From the NCBI GenBank assembly GCA_013003535.1, contig JABDIY010000097.1, forward strand, positions 11,970-75,969: 64,000 bases of DNA, written 5' to 3'. This DNA comes from Acidimicrobiales bacterium (GTDB taxonomy: Bacteria; Actinomycetota; Acidimicrobiia; Acidimicrobiales; SZUA-35). Positions 44,312 through 53,106 of the stretch are shown here, piece after piece (positions within the stretch are counted from its first letter, which is position 1; each line of letters opens with the position of its first letter). Made by a program: the position numbers and the translations under genes. A model generated the notes under the pieces. It worked only from the letters and a program-made list of their open reading frames with translations, did no database searches and had not been told where the DNA came from.

Positions 44312-44922
44312 CGGGAAACCTCGGGGGTCTGGGGTACGGGTAACGATTCAAGGGCGATCGTGACTCCGAGCGGAAGGAGTCGGTGTTCTACAGCATGGAT
44401 CCGTTCAGTGATCGTGTCGAGCGTGTCATCGGGCTCAAACCGGACGGCCTCGGATGCGATTACCGGTCCAGTGTCGACACCAGCGTCTGGGACCCAATGC
44501 ACCATCACGCCGGTTTCGCTTACGAGACCAGCCCGCCAGGCGGCAAAGGCGTCTGGGATTGCATTGGCACCCGGGAACGCCCCGGGCAAGGCTGGATGAA
44601 GATTGATAATCGCGAATTGTTGACAGAACCAACCCGTCAGAATGCGCATCCATCCGGCCATTACCAACAGATCGGGATGGTGTGACGAAACGATCGGAGC
44701 CAAGCGTTGGTCATAGCGGGTACGAGACTCGCCCGCCCGTTGTTCCACCACCTCGGTTCTGACCCCGGCAGCAGCAGCCCGCCGGATCACCGGGGCATCG
44801 GAATGGTCCGAAATCAATGCAACGATCTGACAGTCGAGGTCACCGGCGGCGACGAGATTCAGCAATACCTGGGCGTTGGTGCCGTTGCCAGAGGCCATGA
44901 TCACCACCCGCCGGTTGCTCAT
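44308..44922 (-). CDS. purN: Phosphoribosylglycinamide formyltransferase
   Basis: Trimmed to MSNRRVVIMASGNGTNAQVLL. INLHPALLP-type motif IINLHPALPGAFPG. A GAGGAG RBS overlaps the upstream stop. Confidence 0.9.
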   Translation of the reverse strand: MSNRRVVIMASGNGTNAQVLLNLVAAGDLDCQIVALISDHSDAPVIRRAAAAGVRTEVVEQRAGESRTRYDQRLAPIVSSHHPDLLVMAGWMRILTGWFCQQFAIINLHPALPGAFPGANAIPDAFAAWRAGLVSETGVMVHWVPDAGVDTGPVIASEAVRFEPDDTLDTITERIHAVEHRLLPLGVTIALESLPVPQTPEVSR

Positions 44923-44935
44923 AGCGGCTCGCTCC

Positions 44936-47404
44936 TCACGAAAGAACGATTCCCGGAGTGGCAGTGACCTCTCCGATGAGGAATGTCTCCTCGTCGATCG
45001 AGGCCTGCACGGCGGCAACGTCATTGGGTGCAGCCACAACCACCATCCCAATCCCGCAATTGAGAATTTGGTGAGCGTCCTCGGTATTGAGGTCGGCTTG
45101 TTTGATCAGGTATTGGAACAGAGCGGGTTGTGGCCACGAGGCGGTGTCGATGTACGCACCGAGATCGTCGGGCAGGACTCTGGGCAAGTTGTCTACCAGC
45201 CCGCCACCGGTGATGTGGGCCAGAGCCGCCACCATGTCCGAGGCCAAGGCCGCACCGAGAACGTCGAGGTAACTGCGATGGGTCGCCAGCAAGGCTTCGA
45301 AAATCGACTCGCCCGCTCCCCCGGGAAGCAAAGCGTTGGTGTCCTTCCCCTGAATGACTTTGCGAGCAAGGCTGTAACCGTTGGTATGCAAGCCCGACGA
45401 TTTGATCCCAATCAGCTGATAACCCGCAGCGATACCAGCCTTCGGCAACAGGTGAGGGCGGTCGACCGCTCCCACCATGGTCCCGCTGATGTCCACTGCA
45501 CCATTGGCGATCACCCCCGGCATTTCCGCCGTCTCGCCGCCCAGGAGAACGCACCCAGCCGCCCGACATGCCGTCGCCATGCCGTCCACGATGTTGCCCA
45601 CCACTTCAGGATCCAGCTTGGCAGCCGCCACCGTGTCCAGGAAGAACAGTGGTCGCGCCCCCTGAACCAGAACGTCGTTGATGCCATGATTCACGATGTC
45701 GGCCCCAAGGCCAGCCCAGGCCCCACTGGCGTCCCGCCCGTTGGCCACGAGAATTTCGGCGAGCATCGACTTTGTCCCAACTCCATCGGTGCTGGCGACC
45801 AGCAGCGGCTCTGCCATATCCGAAAGTTGGGTGGCTGCGAATACTCCACCAAAGCCTCCCAACCCCGAGACAACCCGATCATCGTGGGTGCTCTTGACGG
45901 CTGCGCCGATGCGTTTGGTAGTAGCTGCTCCGGCGGCTAGTGAGACCCCGGCCTCAGCGTACGGATCGTTTTCTGCTGTGGGAATGGTGGTCACGGAGGC
46001 TTCTTTCGGCTCGATAGAGGAGTCGTTCGGGTTGCGACTGACGTACCGCCAGCCGATATCGGAGCGGGCGAACAACCCGTTGCCAACCAACTGATCGGCG
46101 ATCTGATAACTGATCTCGAGAGCCGTCGCAAGGTCCGGACCAGTTCCCACCGCATTCAGAACCCGCCCTCCGGAACTCACGATCGTTCCGTTGCGCTCGG
46201 CGGTGCCGGCGTGAATAAGGTGGCCATTTCCCGGGGTAATAACGTTGGGGATGACCACGCCCGTACGAGGTGCGGTGGGATAACCCTCAGCGCAAACCAC
46301 CACGGTGCTGGCACATCGCCCGGGCTTGACGGCCAGCGGCTCCCACGGTTGTGAGGTAGCTGCGGCATACATGACCGCCAGCAGGTCGCCGGAGAGCAGT
46401 GGGAGAAGCACCTGAGCCTCAGGGTCACCGAAGCGGCAGTTGTATTCGATGAGGCGGGGACCGTGGTCGGTGAGCATGATCCCGGCATAGATCACGCCAA
46501 CGTAGGGCGTGCCCTCCTCGGCCATCCCGGCCTGAACGGACAGGAGAAAGGTGTTCACCAAACGCTCGACGAGCATCGGATCCAAGCTGGGCACCGGAGC
46601 GAAGGCGCCCATCCCGCCGGTGTTGGGACCGGTGTCGCCTTCGCCGACCCGCTTGTGGTCCTGGACCGTCAACCCGCCCAGAGGATCCAGCTGTGTGGCC
46701 GAAGAGATACCGAAGAGGCTGATTTCCTCACCGCTGATCTTTTCCTCCAGAACCACCGTGCGGCCACTCTCCCCCATTGTTCCCTTGGTGAGAAAATCGA
46801 CGATTGCCGCCTCGGCCTCGGCCCGGTCGGATGGCACGACAACGCCTTTGCCTGCCGCCAGGCCGTCAGCCTTGACCACCACGTCATAGGGTTGTTCCCG
46901 GAGCCAAGCGATCGCTTCACCCGGATCGGTGAAGGTGGCGTTGTCCGGGCTGGGAATCCCGTGGCGGTCAGCAAACTCACGAGCGGCGCTTTTTGAACCC
47001 TCGAGGGCGGCGGCCACTGCTCTGGGACCAAAGCAGTTGATGCCCTGCTGAGCGAGGAAGTCGGCGAGGCCGGCCACGAGGGGACCTTCGGGACCAACGA
47101 CCACGAGGTCAACTCCCTTGTCTGAACAAAAGGCCACTACCTCGTTGAAATCGTTGACATCGAGCTCAACGTTGTACGCCCGGGTGCCGGGGTTTCCGGG
47201 CGCCACGTAGAGGTCCCGCAATCTGGGCGATTCCGCGAGCGAGTTGGCGAGCGCGTGCTCCCTGCCCCCCGATCCGATGAGGAGGACATCGAGGAGTCCA
47301 AGGTTTCCGGACGACGCGGTGACCGCTTCATCGAAACTCTCGGGCTCGGTGTCGATCACCGTGTCGGAAGGAGGAGTACCAGGCACCACCAGCGTTGCCG
47401 GCAT
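44936..47404 (-). CDS. purD/purM: Bifunctional GAR synthetase (PurD) :: AIR synthetase (PurM) fusion
   Basis: A single uninterrupted frame. The N-terminal half has LLIGSGGREHALA, VKADGLAAGKGV, GPNTGGMGA and YNCRFGDPE (PurD). After a linker, the C-terminal half has STDGVGTKS, DIVNHGINDVLVQGARPLFFLD, LLGGETAEMPG and HITGGGL (PurM). Trimmed to the ATG at 47404. Confidence 0.85.
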   Translation of the reverse strand: MPATLVVPGTPPSDTVIDTEPESFDEAVTASSGNLGLLDVLLIGSGGREHALANSLAESPRLRDLYVAPGNPGTRAYNVELDVNDFNEVVAFCSDKGVDLVVVGPEGPLVAGLADFLAQQGINCFGPRAVAAALEGSKSAAREFADRHGIPSPDNATFTDPGEAIAWLREQPYDVVVKADGLAAGKGVVVPSDRAEAEAAIVDFLTKGTMGESGRTVVLEEKISGEEISLFGISSATQLDPLGGLTVQDHKRVGEGDTGPNTGGMGAFAPVPSLDPMLVERLVNTFLLSVQAGMAEEGTPYVGVIYAGIMLTDHGPRLIEYNCRFGDPEAQVLLPLLSGDLLAVMYAAATSQPWEPLAVKPGRCASTVVVCAEGYPTAPRTGVVIPNVITPGNGHLIHAGTAERNGTIVSSGGRVLNAVGTGPDLATALEISYQIADQLVGNGLFARSDIGWRYVSRNPNDSSIEPKEASVTTIPTAENDPYAEAGVSLAAGAATTKRIGAAVKSTHDDRVVSGLGGFGGVFAATQLSDMAEPLLVASTDGVGTKSMLAEILVANGRDASGAWAGLGADIVNHGINDVLVQGARPLFFLDTVAAAKLDPEVVGNIVDGMATACRAAGCVLLGGETAEMPGVIANGAVDISGTMVGAVDRPHLLPKAGIAAGYQLIGIKSSGLHTNGYSLARKVIQGKDTNALLPGGAGESIFEALLATHRSYLDVLGAALASDMVAALAHITGGGLVDNLPRVLPDDLGAYIDTASWPQPALFQYLIKQADLNTEDAHQILNCGIGMVVVAAPNDVAAVQASIDEETFLIGEVTATPGIVLS

Positions 47405-47502
47405 GACAATTTCAGTTTCGGTGTCGGTGGCCGTCGTCGGTTCCGCGCCAACGCCGCGCTCGAATTCTGACCGCGAGTTGGAAACGATTGGGGCGCCGCC
47501 GC

Positions 47503-48957
47503 TCAACCCAGCACCCCGTCGAACCGTTGTTTGTTGTCGGCGAGACTCAACTGGACTGGAACCGGGTACTGGCCGGTGAAACAAGCATTGCAATACCCAT
47601 GGCCTTCGGCCTCAACTCCCCCCGGTAGCGGCATTACCGAAGGTCCAATAGCAGTCATCATGCGGTCCACGCTGATGAATCCCAATGAATCCGCCCCGAT
47701 ATGGGCAGCGATCTCGGGAACACCCAGTTGATGTGCAATCAGTTGATCGTAGGAGCCCATGTCGACTCCGAAAAAACAGGGATGAGCGATTGGCGGACAG
47801 GTGATCCGTACATGGACCTCGGTGGCCCCGGCTTCGCGAACAAGGCGTACCAGCGGTCCGCTGGTGGTGCCGCGGACGATCGAGTCGTCGACCATCACGA
47901 CGCGTTTGCCGTAAAGGTTTTCTTCGAGCGTCATGAACTTCAGAGCAACGCCTTGGCGGCGGAGATCGTCGGTCGGCTCGATGAAGGTCCGCCCGATGTA
48001 CCGGTTCTTCACGAATCCTTCGTTGTAGGTGATCCCGGAGACTGCGGCATAACCGATGGCGGCAGGCATCGAGGAGTCTGGGACTGGGATGACGACGTCG
48101 GCCTCGACGGGGTGTTCTCGAGCGAGTTCTTCACCGAGGCGCTGGCGAACGGCATGGACGCTCTTCCCATCCCAAACCGCGTCGGGGCGAGAGAAGTAAA
48201 TGTGTTCGAACGTGCAGCGGGCCTGCTTGGTCTTGGGCTTCACCGCTTGGAAGCTCTTCATGAGCGCTCCCTGCATCACGATCACTTCGCCCGGTTGGAT
48301 TTCCCTGATGTTCTCACACCCCAAGGTCCGCAAAGCTCCGGTTTCCGAAGCCACGGCATGACCCCCGGTGGGAAACTTCCCCACGCTCAGCGGTCGGAAT
48401 CCCCATGGATCGCGGGTGGCGACAACCTTGGTGCCCGCCAGTAACGCCAAGCAGAAGGCGCCTTCCAAACTCGACATCATGTTGGCCAGGCGTTCTTCCC
48501 ATGTTTCGCCCTTGGCGGCGGCCAGCATGAGGCTGATCACCTCCGTGTCTGATGAACTCATGAGCCCGGCACCGCGCTCCAGTAGCCCTTCGCGAAGGCG
48601 ATCGGCATTGGTGACGTTGCCGTTGTGCGTGACTCCCAGAGGTCCGTACATCGTCTCCACAACAAACGGTTGAACGTTGCGTTCGTTGTTGCCGCCGGTC
48701 GTTGAGTAGCGCGTATGACCAATCGCCATGGATCCCACGAGCGGGGCCAGCTTCTCGGGACTGAAAACCGAGCTGACCAGACCCTGACCCTTATGGAGCC
48801 GAACGGCGCGGCCGTCGCTGACGGCGATGCCCGCTGCCTCCTGGCCGCGATGCTGCAAAGCGTGGAGACCGAAGAACGCCGAGCTGGCGGCGTCCCCACT
48901 GGGAAGGGAAATGCCCAGGACCCCACATTCTTCCTTGGGCTGGTCCGAATCGAACAT
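47503..48957 (-). CDS. purF: Amidophosphoribosyltransferase
   Basis: Trimmed to MFDSDQPKEECGVLGI (propeptide plus the catalytic Cys of the Ntn glutaminase domain). PRTase motif VVMVDDSIVRGTT. C-terminal cysteines (CNACFTGQYP) suggest an Fe-S type enzyme. Confidence 0.92.
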   Translation of the reverse strand: MFDSDQPKEECGVLGISLPSGDAASSAFFGLHALQHRGQEAAGIAVSDGRAVRLHKGQGLVSSVFSPEKLAPLVGSMAIGHTRYSTTGGNNERNVQPFVVETMYGPLGVTHNGNVTNADRLREGLLERGAGLMSSSDTEVISLMLAAAKGETWEERLANMMSSLEGAFCLALLAGTKVVATRDPWGFRPLSVGKFPTGGHAVASETGALRTLGCENIREIQPGEVIVMQGALMKSFQAVKPKTKQARCTFEHIYFSRPDAVWDGKSVHAVRQRLGEELAREHPVEADVVIPVPDSSMPAAIGYAAVSGITYNEGFVKNRYIGRTFIEPTDDLRRQGVALKFMTLEENLYGKRVVMVDDSIVRGTTSGPLVRLVREAGATEVHVRITCPPIAHPCFFGVDMGSYDQLIAHQLGVPEIAAHIGADSLGFISVDRMMTAIGPSVMPLPGGVEAEGHGYCNACFTGQYPVPVQLSLADNKQRFDGVLG

Positions 48958-48998
48958 GGGTGATGCCTTCTCAGGTGACGTTGGTTGGTGGTGAGTCG

Positions 48999-49478
48999 CT
49001 AGGAATTCTGGGCGCTGTCGGCGTCGAGCACATTTTTGGCTCGAGCCGCCTGGTTGGCACGAATTCTTTCTTTCAACGCCGGATCCTGGAGCGCCAGGAT
49101 CTTGGCGGCGGCCAAAGCCGCATTGGTGGGATGCAGAGCCGTGAGAGGATCGACACCAGGAGGGGTTCGGAGGCTGGACAAAACATCCAGCCCGCCAAAG
49201 GCGTTCTCGGCCGGCGGGCATGCGATGACCGGGGAGGAAACGTTGGCGGCTGTCAAACCGGAAAGCGCATCGCTCATGCCCGCAACGGTGATGAACACCA
49301 CCGACTCGGGTGCGTTGTCGTAGTGCGTCAAGAGCGTAAGCACATGCTCGGGAACCCTGTGGGCCGACCCAACGCGCCAGACGTTGGGCACCTCGAGCTC
49401 ATCGAGGGTTTTGCGAATCTTGGCGACCCAGTCGGCGTCGCTGGGCGAACCGCTGAGGACAACCACGAGTGAACTCAT
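48999..49478 (-). CDS. purE: AIR carboxylase-family protein (PurE)
   Basis: VVVLSGSPSDADW...SAHRVPE...FITVAGMSDALSG. 159 aa. The class (I or II) cannot be determined by eye. Confidence 0.8.
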   Translation of the reverse strand: MSSLVVVLSGSPSDADWVAKIRKTLDELEVPNVWRVGSAHRVPEHVLTLLTHYDNAPESVVFITVAGMSDALSGLTAANVSSPVIACPPAENAFGGLDVLSSLRTPPGVDPLTALHPTNAALAAAKILALQDPALKERIRANQAARAKNVLDADSAQNS

Positions 49479-50425
49479 TTGGTGCCCACGACCTCGGCGA
49501 GATTCCGGGAAATGCGCTCAGCCGCTGGTTGCTCTCCCGGTACAAACCGGAGACCGGTGAGACGCTCATACAACGCCACGTACCGCTCTGATGCGGCGTC
49601 CCACACACTTTGGGGAAGCTCCGGTATTGGCCCTTCACCGCGGTAGCCGGTTGCGGAGAGAGCAAGCCGAACCGGTTCCTTGTCGAAGCTTTCGGGCATC
49701 TGTCCGCTTCCCAAGCGCTCCTCCAACGAAGCGACCGCCCAGAAGCGACTGGAGTCCGGTGTATGCATCTCGTCGATCAGGAGAAGCGTGCCATCTGGAG
49801 CCAGGCCGAATTCGTATTTGGTATCGGCCAGAACAAATCCGGCGGCGGCGGCCACCTCGGTTCCTCTACTGAAGACCGCCAGCGCGACCTTTTGGATCTC
49901 GGCCCAGAGGCCGGCCTCTACCAGCCCGGAATCGGAAACCTCGGCCACCGTGATGGGCTGGTCGTGACCGCCTTTTTCAGCCTTGGTGGTTGGAGTGATC
50001 AGTGGTTCAGGAAGCGGGCCGTGCGGCTGGAGGCCATCGGGAAGCTCGTATCCGTACAAGACCCGCTCCCCCGCTTGGTAGCGAGGCAACACCGAAGTGC
50101 TGGTGGATCCGGTGAGTCGACCGCGGACGACCACCTCAACAGGAAGTGGTGTGGCATCGATGGCGATCAACGCATTGGGATCGGGAACCGAGATCACATG
50201 GTTCGCCACGATGTCGCGGGTCTGATCGAACCACCATGCGGCGAGCTGGTTGAGAACCTGCCCCTTGTTGGCGACGGTGCCGATCACGCGATCAAAGGCA
50301 CTCAGCCGGTCCGTGGTGACCAACAATCTCCTTTGATCAGGGAGTTCCCACGCTTCCCTGACCTTGCCGGTGACATGCCCGGGTAGATCAAACGAGATGG
50401 TTTCTAAGGTCCCCTGTGCTCCCAC
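49475..50425 (-). CDS. purC: SAICAR synthetase (long form)
   Basis: GKVREAWEL, TDRLSAFD and LADTKYEFG motifs. GTG start at 50425. 4-nt overlap with purE. Confidence 0.9.
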   Translation of the reverse strand: MGAQGTLETISFDLPGHVTGKVREAWELPDQRRLLVTTDRLSAFDRVIGTVANKGQVLNQLAAWWFDQTRDIVANHVISVPDPNALIAIDATPLPVEVVVRGRLTGSTSTSVLPRYQAGERVLYGYELPDGLQPHGPLPEPLITPTTKAEKGGHDQPITVAEVSDSGLVEAGLWAEIQKVALAVFSRGTEVAAAAGFVLADTKYEFGLAPDGTLLLIDEMHTPDSSRFWAVASLEERLGSGQMPESFDKEPVRLALSATGYRGEGPIPELPQSVWDAASERYVALYERLTGLRFVPGEQPAAERISRNLAEVVGTK

Positions 50426-50426
50426 G

Positions 50427-50470
50427 GGACCAGCCTAGAGGGCCTCACCGGCAGGCCCGACCACTGGTCC
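50427..50470 (-). promoter_or_regulatory. Nested hairpin in the purC 5' leader abutting the start codon
   Basis: On the mRNA strand, GGACCAG (50470-50464) pairs with CUGGUCC (50433-50427), and an inner GGGCC/GGCCC stem (50458-50454 with 50444-50440) lies inside it. The 3' arm ends 1 nt before the GTG start. Confidence 0.25.
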
Positions 50471-50609
50471 GCATTTCACAGATAACGGCAACCACGAAGC
50501 CCGACAATCGCCTTTTTGCGAGGTAGCGGACATCAGCTTTTCACTTGTTCACACACCCGAAACCGTTCATTTTCCACAGACCCCACGCAATTCCGCTACA
50601 CAGGGAGAA

Positions 50610-52127
50610 GTGAAAAGTGACTGGACAGGGTACTCCTCGATCACTTTCGATGAATTGGTCGACGGTGACGGTAAACCTCGTACTGGGAACGAGGCCGTCT
50701 TCCAACGGCTTGCCGATCTCGGCCCCGCGCTCGTGGAGCGTCAGCGTGCGGCCGAGGCTGAAATCCGTTCGATGGGGATCACCTTCACCCTGTACACCGA
50801 AGGCTCCAGCATCGATCGGGCTTGGCCGATCGATGTCATTCCCCGGATCATCACGGCCTCGGAATGGAATACCATCTCAGGAGGGCTGATCCAGCGTCTG
50901 AAGGCGCTCAACATGTTCATCGAGGACGTGTACAACGAGCAGAACGTCGTCAACGACGGAATCCTGCCGGCCCAATGGCTGGAAGACTCGGCCAACTTCC
51001 GTACCGAGTGTTGCGGTGTACACCCCGCGGGTGGCGTTTGGGCTCACATCAGCGGGTCAGACCTGGTCCGTGATGCCACCGGCCAGATGATGGTGCTGGA
51101 AGACAACCTGCGTGTCCCTTCCGGTGTTTCCTACATGCTCGAGAACCGCCAGATCAGCAAACGGGTCTTCGCCGACCTCTTCCGCGACCTCGACATCCAT
51201 CCGCTGGATAACTACACCGAAGAGCTGGGCAAGATGCTGAGCAAGCTTTCTCCGCGTGATGACGTGGAGCCGGTGATTGCCTTGCTCACGCCGGGAATCT
51301 TCAACTCGGCGTACTACGAACATGGCATGCTGGCTACCCAGATCGGCGCTCACCTCGTGGAGGGTTCAGACCTCCAGGTAGTGGACAACATCGTCTACAT
51401 GAAAACCGTGCGAGGCCTTGTCCGCGTTGATGTGATCTATCGCCGAGTAGACGACCTGTTTTTGGATCCTGCAGTTTTTCGCTCCGACTCAACCCTGGGT
51501 GCCGCCGGTTTGATGGCCGCATGGCGAGCAGGCAATGTGGCGTTGGCCAACGCGCCTGGCGCGGGGGTCGCGGACGACAAGGTGTTGTATTCGTACGTGC
51601 CCGATTTCATTCGGTACTACTTGAACGAGGAACCGACCCTGCCCAACGTGCCCACCTGGCGGTGTATGGAACCAGACCATCGCCAGCACGTACTGGCCAA
51701 CCTGGACTCGCTGGTCTGTAAGCCGGCCAATGAATCCGGCGGCAAGGGTGTCACCATCGGAAACCGGGCAACAGAGGAAGAATTGGATCACCTCCGAACC
51801 GAAATCGAGACCGATCCTCGGAACTGGATCGCCCAACCGATTCTCAGCCTGTCAACCTCGCCTACCCTCTGCGATGGGATAATTGCTCCGCGCCATATCG
51901 ACCTCCGTCCGTTCGTGCTCTCGAGCGACGAACCATTCGTCAGCGTCGGCGGACTGACCCGCGTAGCATTACGGGAGGGATCACTCATCGTCAACAGCTC
52001 CCAGGGCGGCGGGAGCAAGGACACGTGGATCGTCGACGAATCAGTCCGGCCGGACCGTCTGTTGGAGCACCGGCAGCCAGGTCAGCAGCAGGTCCAGCGA
52101 TCTGGGAACGGACAGAACCCCTCATGA
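50610..52127 (+). CDS. Circularly permuted ATP-grasp (type 2) protein
   Basis: 505 aa. I recall this family pattern: FDELVDGDGKPR..., MGITFTLY, LEDNLRVPSGVSYMLENR, NAPGAGVADDKVLY and KPANESGGKGV. GTG start after GGGAG. Confidence 0.8.
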   Translation: MKSDWTGYSSITFDELVDGDGKPRTGNEAVFQRLADLGPALVERQRAAEAEIRSMGITFTLYTEGSSIDRAWPIDVIPRIITASEWNTISGGLIQRLKALNMFIEDVYNEQNVVNDGILPAQWLEDSANFRTECCGVHPAGGVWAHISGSDLVRDATGQMMVLEDNLRVPSGVSYMLENRQISKRVFADLFRDLDIHPLDNYTEELGKMLSKLSPRDDVEPVIALLTPGIFNSAYYEHGMLATQIGAHLVEGSDLQVVDNIVYMKTVRGLVRVDVIYRRVDDLFLDPAVFRSDSTLGAAGLMAAWRAGNVALANAPGAGVADDKVLYSYVPDFIRYYLNEEPTLPNVPTWRCMEPDHRQHVLANLDSLVCKPANESGGKGVTIGNRATEEELDHLRTEIETDPRNWIAQPILSLSTSPTLCDGIIAPRHIDLRPFVLSSDEPFVSVGGLTRVALREGSLIVNSSQGGGSKDTWIVDESVRPDRLLEHRQPGQQQVQRSGNGQNPS

Positions 52128-53101
52128 ACGGCTCAATTGCGGCATCACCAGAAAACCCGATTCTCCTTTCGCGGGTCGCCGAGTCGGCGTACTGGGCGGG
52201 ACGCTATCTCGAGCGGGCCGAGGGAATGGCCCGCCTGATCAAATCTCACTCCGAGTTGGTGATAGATCTGCCTCGCGCCGGTGGCCTGGGCTGGGAACCA
52301 CTTCTTGCCGTCGTTGGCACGGAGTTGGGCCCCGAGTATGACCTGCACACCGAAGAAGCGGTCGTGGATCACCTCGCCCATAATCATGGGAATCCGGGCT
52401 CCATTTGCACGGCAATCGAAGGCGTCCACTACAACCTTCGAGTCACCCGCTCGGTGATGCCGATCGAGGCCGCCGAACTCATCATCGAACTCCACACCAT
52501 CGCCAATAACGACGGGCGCCCTGCGAACGACCGCCGCACCCGGCGGCAGTGGCTCACCAACATCATGCGTAGTTGCCAAACGTTGTCGGCCATTCTGAAT
52601 GACACCATGACCCACGATGATGCGTTCTCGTTTTTCACCATCGGCCGACAGCTGGAAAGAGCCGACCTCACCACCCGGGTGTTGGACGTCCATGCGGGGG
52701 TCCTCACCGGTCGCCCAACCGATGCTCTGGCTCCCTACACGGGGTTGTGTTGGGCTGCAACCCTGCGATCGGTCAGCATGCTGCAGGCGTTTCGGCGGCG
52801 GGGCGTAAGTGCTTCCCCAACCGCCACACTGGAGTTCCTTCTGAATGACAACAACTGTCCCCGAACCGTGCGGTCATGCATTGACGAGGCCTCTCGGTGG
52901 TTGCTTGAACTGCCCCAGAACCACGAGGCGATCACGGCATGCGCTGCCGTCGGGTCCTTCCTCGAGGATGCCGATGTCGAGGAACTCGCGATCGGTGATC
53001 TGCACGGCTTTGCCGATCGCTTGGAGGTTGCGATCAGCGAAATCCACCAGAAAATTCACACCACCTGGTTTCGACCGGCCACTACCGCCGTGTTGAGCTG
53101 A
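52124..53101 (+). CDS. Alpha-E domain protein
   Basis: Trimmed to MNGSIAASPENPILLSRVAESAYWAGRYLERAEGMARL (ATGA overlap). YWxGRYxERAE is the characteristic alpha-E N-terminus. Confidence 0.8.
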   Translation: MNGSIAASPENPILLSRVAESAYWAGRYLERAEGMARLIKSHSELVIDLPRAGGLGWEPLLAVVGTELGPEYDLHTEEAVVDHLAHNHGNPGSICTAIEGVHYNLRVTRSVMPIEAAELIIELHTIANNDGRPANDRRTRRQWLTNIMRSCQTLSAILNDTMTHDDAFSFFTIGRQLERADLTTRVLDVHAGVLTGRPTDALAPYTGLCWAATLRSVSMLQAFRRRGVSASPTATLEFLLNDNNCPRTVRSCIDEASRWLLELPQNHEAITACAAVGSFLEDADVEELAIGDLHGFADRLEVAISEIHQKIHTTWFRPATTAVLS

Positions 53102-53106
53102 GGCTG

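Noticed and set aside
50426-50609. A ZTP (pfl), purine riboswitch or Bacillus-type PurBox upstream of purC.
   Set aside because: No match to the consensus cores as I remember them. CCGAAAC at about 50557-50563 resembles half a PurBox, but there is no inverted partner. Only the generic hairpin is reported.
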